Shown here piece after piece: positions 53,250 through 56,723 of a DNA stretch of 56,723 nt (the stretch's first letter is position 1; the number at the start of each line of letters is the position of its first letter). The stretch lies in assembly GCA_035259005.1 (NCBI GenBank), contig DATFWU010000242.1, positions 1 to 56,723 of the forward strand, given 5' to 3'. The notes under the pieces were generated by a model. It was given only the letters and a program-made list of their open reading frames with translations, was not told where the DNA came from and did no database searches. The position numbers and the translations under genes are program-made. Source of the DNA: Candidatus Eiseniibacteriota bacterium (GTDB lineage Bacteria > Eisenbacteria > RBG-16-71-46 > DASYSL01).

Positions 53250-54956
53250 ATGAAGTTCTTCCAGCGCGTAGTTTACACATCACTATTTCCTCTTCTCTTC
53301 GCTCTTTTCTGTCCCACCGAGTCCCATGCCTGGGCTCGCGACGGAACTCCGGTTGCCATTGGTCCGCAAAGCCAGGTTCAACCGAAAGTCGTCGGCGCCG
53401 ACGACGGCGGCGCCTTCGTTGTTTGGACCGATCAAGGCACGCACCCAGGATCCGGCTCAGACTACGTCGTCCTGGCCCAGAAGCTGGGACCCGGGGGAGC
53501 AAGCGAGTGGGAGGAGTCGGGAGTGCGGGTCGGTTTCACCGCAGGGGCGCAGAGCCTGGCGCAGCTCGCCTCGGACGATCAGGGCGGCGTCATCGTTGCG
53601 TGGAGCCAGTTTGATGCAAGCGGTTCCAATGCGGCGGTCTATGCGCAGAGATTCACCGCCAAAGGCCAGCGGTTGTGGGGAGATCAGGGCGTGCGCCTTG
53701 CCCCACTCGAGGCGAGCACAGACTTCGCCCTGGTGGGCGATGGCGCGGGAGGCGCTTTCACCGTTGGCGACACCCTTGTCCGCGACGACTCCCTTTCTGG
53801 CTATGACCGTCGCCTTCTGCTTCAGCATGCCGGCGACCGGGGTCAACTCCTGTGGCCGGCAGGCGCCTTGCGCGTGAGCGAAGGTCGAGGCTCACAATTT
53901 GAGCCAAAGGCGGTTCCCGACGGCCACGGCGGCGTCATCGTCGCCTGGATCGATGGGCGCGACCTGTTCCCCGGTGGGTTCAATGCCGACGTATACGCTC
54001 AACGCTTCACGGGTGACGGAAGCAGGCTATGGCTCTCGACGGGCGCACCGGTTTGCCTGAACAAGGCGCCGCAATGGTCACTGGCGGTCATTGCCAGGCC
54101 GTCAGGCGGTATCGACCTGGCTTGGGCGGACACGCGCAAATATCCTCTCTTCCAATATCAAGTCTATGCCCAAGCATTGGATGAGAACGGCGAGCCGCGC
54201 TGGACTCAGGACGGCGTTCTCGTCAGCCCCTACGGCGAGCAGGGGGCGGCTGCACTGGCCGACGACGGAGCCGACGGCATCATCGTCGCCTGGAACGAGT
54301 TTCAGGCGCCCAGCTACGCCATACACATCTTCGCTCAACATCTGGATGCATCAGGCTCCGCCCTCTGGCAGGTGGGTGGGATTACTCTCTCGCAGCCTCG
54401 CGGCGGGTCCTCCATTGTCTCGGACGGCGAAGGAGGGGCCATCGTCCTGCTGTCCGGGGAACAGGCAGTCATCCAACACGTGTCGGGTGAAGGCGCCTTG
54501 CTGCAGTCGGAGGTTCTCTCGCCCAGCGCGGACGGATACGGCGCTCTGACCTCGACTAAGAACCAGTTCATCGCCGTCTGGGGTGACGTGCGCAACGGTC
54601 CGGACGACATCGATGTCTATGCGGCGCGGTTCAAGCCGTCTCCGAGCCACGTGCCACCGTCGCTCACCATTCGCGAGAGCGAAACTCCGCAAACCAGAAC
54701 GGGGGATCTCTCTCTCACTGTCTCCCCTAATCCGGCAAGCGGCCGATTCACGGTGTCCGCCGCCACCACAGGTGGACTTCCGGCTCGTCTCTCGGTTTTC
54801 GATATCCACGGTCGCTTGGTGATGGGTCGTGATCTGAGCGCGGGCGCCATGTCGATGACCGCGGGAGCTCGGGAGCGTCTCGAGCCTGGTATCTATCTTG
54901 TGGTGGTAGAGCAAGGAAAGACGAAGGCCGTGCAGCGAATTTGTCTCTTGCCCTGA
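53250..54956 (+). CDS. Secreted repeat (beta-propeller-like) protein with T9SS-type C-terminal domain
   Basis: ATG at 53250 (residue 120 of the track ORF) with GGAGG upstream. Signal-like start MKFFQRVVYTSLFPLLFALFCPTESHA. There are about 8 repeats of the form DGxGGxIVAWxD...VYAQR. The C-terminus is LTVSPNPASGRFTV...LSVFDIHGRLV...PGIYLVVVEQGKTKAVQRICLLP. Confidence 0.7.
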   Translation: MKFFQRVVYTSLFPLLFALFCPTESHAWARDGTPVAIGPQSQVQPKVVGADDGGAFVVWTDQGTHPGSGSDYVVLAQKLGPGGASEWEESGVRVGFTAGAQSLAQLASDDQGGVIVAWSQFDASGSNAAVYAQRFTAKGQRLWGDQGVRLAPLEASTDFALVGDGAGGAFTVGDTLVRDDSLSGYDRRLLLQHAGDRGQLLWPAGALRVSEGRGSQFEPKAVPDGHGGVIVAWIDGRDLFPGGFNADVYAQRFTGDGSRLWLSTGAPVCLNKAPQWSLAVIARPSGGIDLAWADTRKYPLFQYQVYAQALDENGEPRWTQDGVLVSPYGEQGAAALADDGADGIIVAWNEFQAPSYAIHIFAQHLDASGSALWQVGGITLSQPRGGSSIVSDGEGGAIVLLSGEQAVIQHVSGEGALLQSEVLSPSADGYGALTSTKNQFIAVWGDVRNGPDDIDVYAARFKPSPSHVPPSLTIRESETPQTRTGDLSLTVSPNPASGRFTVSAATTGGLPARLSVFDIHGRLVMGRDLSAGAMSMTAGARERLEPGIYLVVVEQGKTKAVQRICLLP

Positions 54957-55193
54957 AGCGAAGTCTCGGGGGTGAGTGCCGGACCGTCGCCCGGCACCTC
55001 CGAGCCGTCTGTCCTTCGAGCTCGCCGGCTCTGTGCGGTACCCGCAGATGCCTTTCGACTACACGCCACTTCAGACTCTTCTGAACCTGGAGGAACCATG
55101 GATCAATGTTCAACCGATCAAATCTACGCCCGACCTGGTCCGGCGCAGGAACTACCGGAGCCCAGATAAGAGGACACCGCCGCAGTTCCTTTT

Positions 55194-56723
55194 CTAACGC
55201 AGGAGAACCAACCGCCCATCCAGTCGCTGTTCTGCCCCGCCCGCCTGGGATCGCAGAATCGCTCGGTACAGATAAATCCCCGATCCCAGCCAACGTCCCC
55301 CGCGATCCCTGCCGTCCCAGTCCACCTGCACGTGCCCGGCGCCCAGTCCACTCAAGTGCCGAACGAGACGCCCGGAGAGATCGTAAACCAACACATCGGC
55401 CACGGTTTGTTTCGGAAACCCCGAGAACAAGAGATGCGTGCCTGAGCTGCTTCTAAATGGGTTGGGTAGAGCGAACCCCGCCACCGCGGTAGTGTCGGCC
55501 AGCCTCGCCACCTGGAAGGACACCGTCGCACGACTGCGGTAGGCGTCGGGCCAGGCTTCGCGAGCCAAGTTGTTCGAGGCTGACACCGTCACGCTGTGGT
55601 GACCGTCGATCAGGTGCGGAAGTGAGTAGGTAAGCATCCCTCGAGCAGAGGATCCCGCGTCATAGGCAAAGCGATCTGTGACTTCGGTGGGCGAGCCCTG
55701 GTCGACGGCGATTTCGATCCCGAGAGCCGTTGAGTCTGCGAGCGTGAAGATGCCGTTCGGATCCTCAAGCGTTACGATCAGATCCTCGTTTGGGCCCACG
55801 AGGGTGCCCCCACTCTTCGAACGAACCTGGATCGTCGGCCCCTTCCCTGTCGAATCGGAGACGACGGTGTCCTGCGCCACTTGCACGAAATGCGACCCGC
55901 TCGCGTCAAACGCGTTATTGCTCGCATAGACTTCGACGCGTGCTCGAGCCCCAGGTCTAGCCTCCGCGGGAAGGACGACATCGGCCACCATGCGCCCACC
56001 ATGCACCGGGAATTCGCCCTGAAACGCCGTGCGCGGATTTGCCTCGTAGTCCTGGATCGGGGGCTCCCCGGGATAAAGAGCGAAGGAATTGAGTTTCGGC
56101 GCATCGGTGACGCGGACGACTGCCGTGCCCTCGAAGGAATTGAGCAAGGCCGAGCTCGCCGGGTCGCGCTCTCCATGTACTTCGGCCTCGATTCGGACTC
56201 GACGGCCACAGAGTAGCGAATCGTCGAGAGCCGCGCCCGTCTCCCCGTCGCGCAGCTGTATAAGCACATCGGCGCGAGGCACAGCGATCGCGAGCCCGGG
56301 GTCACCCAGGAGGTGGTAGGTGATGTCATTCATCGAGACCGAGGCCCTATGCTTCGCGACGAAGGCAGCCTCGCCGAGTGTCCTCGCTCCACCTAATTCT
56401 GGCGGCGAGAAGAGGGCACCGTACATCGCTTTGCCGAGATCGTAATTCTGGTACGAATAGGTAAGCACGGGGCTCGCAAAGCTGGCGATCGTGCCACCTC
56501 CTGGATGCTTGACCAAGGCCTCGGCCAGTGGAGTGATGTAAGGATTGTCGAATGGTCCCACTTCGCAGCCCGCGGCTAGGAACACAGGAAGTCGCGGGCC
56601 ATTGGCCATCGTTGGCACATCCGTGATCGTGAAGGCATTCTCGTCTGCCAGCTTGAATGGGTTGCCGTGACCGATGTAGTGCCAGAACACGGCACCTCGA
56701 TTGAGTTGACGCAAGATCTCGTC
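55194..56723 (-). CDS. Second peptidase C25 (PorU/gingipain-like) paralog with CTD, partial (5-prime end beyond the right edge)
   Basis: The frame stays open to the window end (DEILRQLNRGAVFWHYIGHGNPFKLADENAF...LAAGCEVGPFD). It is collinear with residues ~900-1439 of the protein at 23970..28289. The C-terminus is LPNPFRSSSGTHLLFSGFP...VLVYDLSGRLV...VDWDGRDRGGRWLGSGIYLYRAIL...RLVLLR. Confidence 0.8.
   Translation of the reverse strand, partial: DEILRQLNRGAVFWHYIGHGNPFKLADENAFTITDVPTMANGPRLPVFLAAGCEVGPFDNPYITPLAEALVKHPGGGTIASFASPVLTYSYQNYDLGKAMYGALFSPPELGGARTLGEAAFVAKHRASVSMNDITYHLLGDPGLAIAVPRADVLIQLRDGETGAALDDSLLCGRRVRIEAEVHGERDPASSALLNSFEGTAVVRVTDAPKLNSFALYPGEPPIQDYEANPRTAFQGEFPVHGGRMVADVVLPAEARPGARARVEVYASNNAFDASGSHFVQVAQDTVVSDSTGKGPTIQVRSKSGGTLVGPNEDLIVTLEDPNGIFTLADSTALGIEIAVDQGSPTEVTDRFAYDAGSSARGMLTYSLPHLIDGHHSVTVSASNNLAREAWPDAYRSRATVSFQVARLADTTAVAGFALPNPFRSSSGTHLLFSGFPKQTVADVLVYDLSGRLVRHLSGLGAGHVQVDWDGRDRGGRWLGSGIYLYRAILRSQAGGAEQRLDGRLVLLR

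Overview
This is a 56.7 kb, gene-dense, high-GC bacterial chromosome segment. It splits at a tRNA-Glu gene (40617..40690).

LEFT PART (1..40.6 kb). Spot counts of single 60-nt lines give 70-77% GC. Almost every gene is on the minus strand. In order:
- a TPR-like ORF running off the left edge (missing from the supplied track)
- histidine utilisation genes hutH-hutU-hutI plus a fused ftcD
- a DinG/XPD-like helicase and ligA
- an outer-membrane operon: an Omp85 protein, a barrel candidate of about 1160 aa, an NHL lipoprotein and two unknowns
- a T9SS-like sorting module: a 55-aa Trm112-like mini-ORF, a 1439-aa C25/PorU-like peptidase, a PorV-like barrel and an HExxH protease with FG-GAP repeats and a sorting CTD
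- accA and dnaE
- an M23 peptidase
- an S8 subtilase with FG-GAP repeats and a CTD
- pyrE
- an ExeA-like ATPase fused to a SPOR domain

RIGHT PART (40.7..56.7 kb). GC is visibly lower (spot lines 48-60%) and the content looks accessory.
- The last 21 nt of the tRNA recur as direct repeats at 47213 and 50787, delimiting two tandem island-like segments.
- Each island ends in a conserved module of about 158 nt.
- The first island carries a 194-aa catalytic-domain-only tyrosine recombinase.
- The tRNA-proximal end has a CPBP/Abi protease next to a frameshifted ORF with an RNxxxH (HEPN-like) motif.

MOST UNUSUAL SIGNAL. Three minus-strand mini-ORFs (21-53 aa, all below the track cut-off) share a C-terminal Trp/Leu-rich peptide, SWNQLEaWLRSLQxLRxxLRVA. 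Their differences are mostly synonymous, and copies 1 and 2 stop at the same aligned position using different stop codons. Each sits upstream of a different accessory gene. One is antisense to an orphan intrinsic terminator.

OTHER POINTS. Six proteins in the window end in the same FlgD-Ig/T9SS-type C-terminal domain. One of these is a second C25 paralog cut by the right edge. I saw no rRNA, CRISPR array or transposase. Any lineage assignment (an FCB-type uncultivated group) is inference only.
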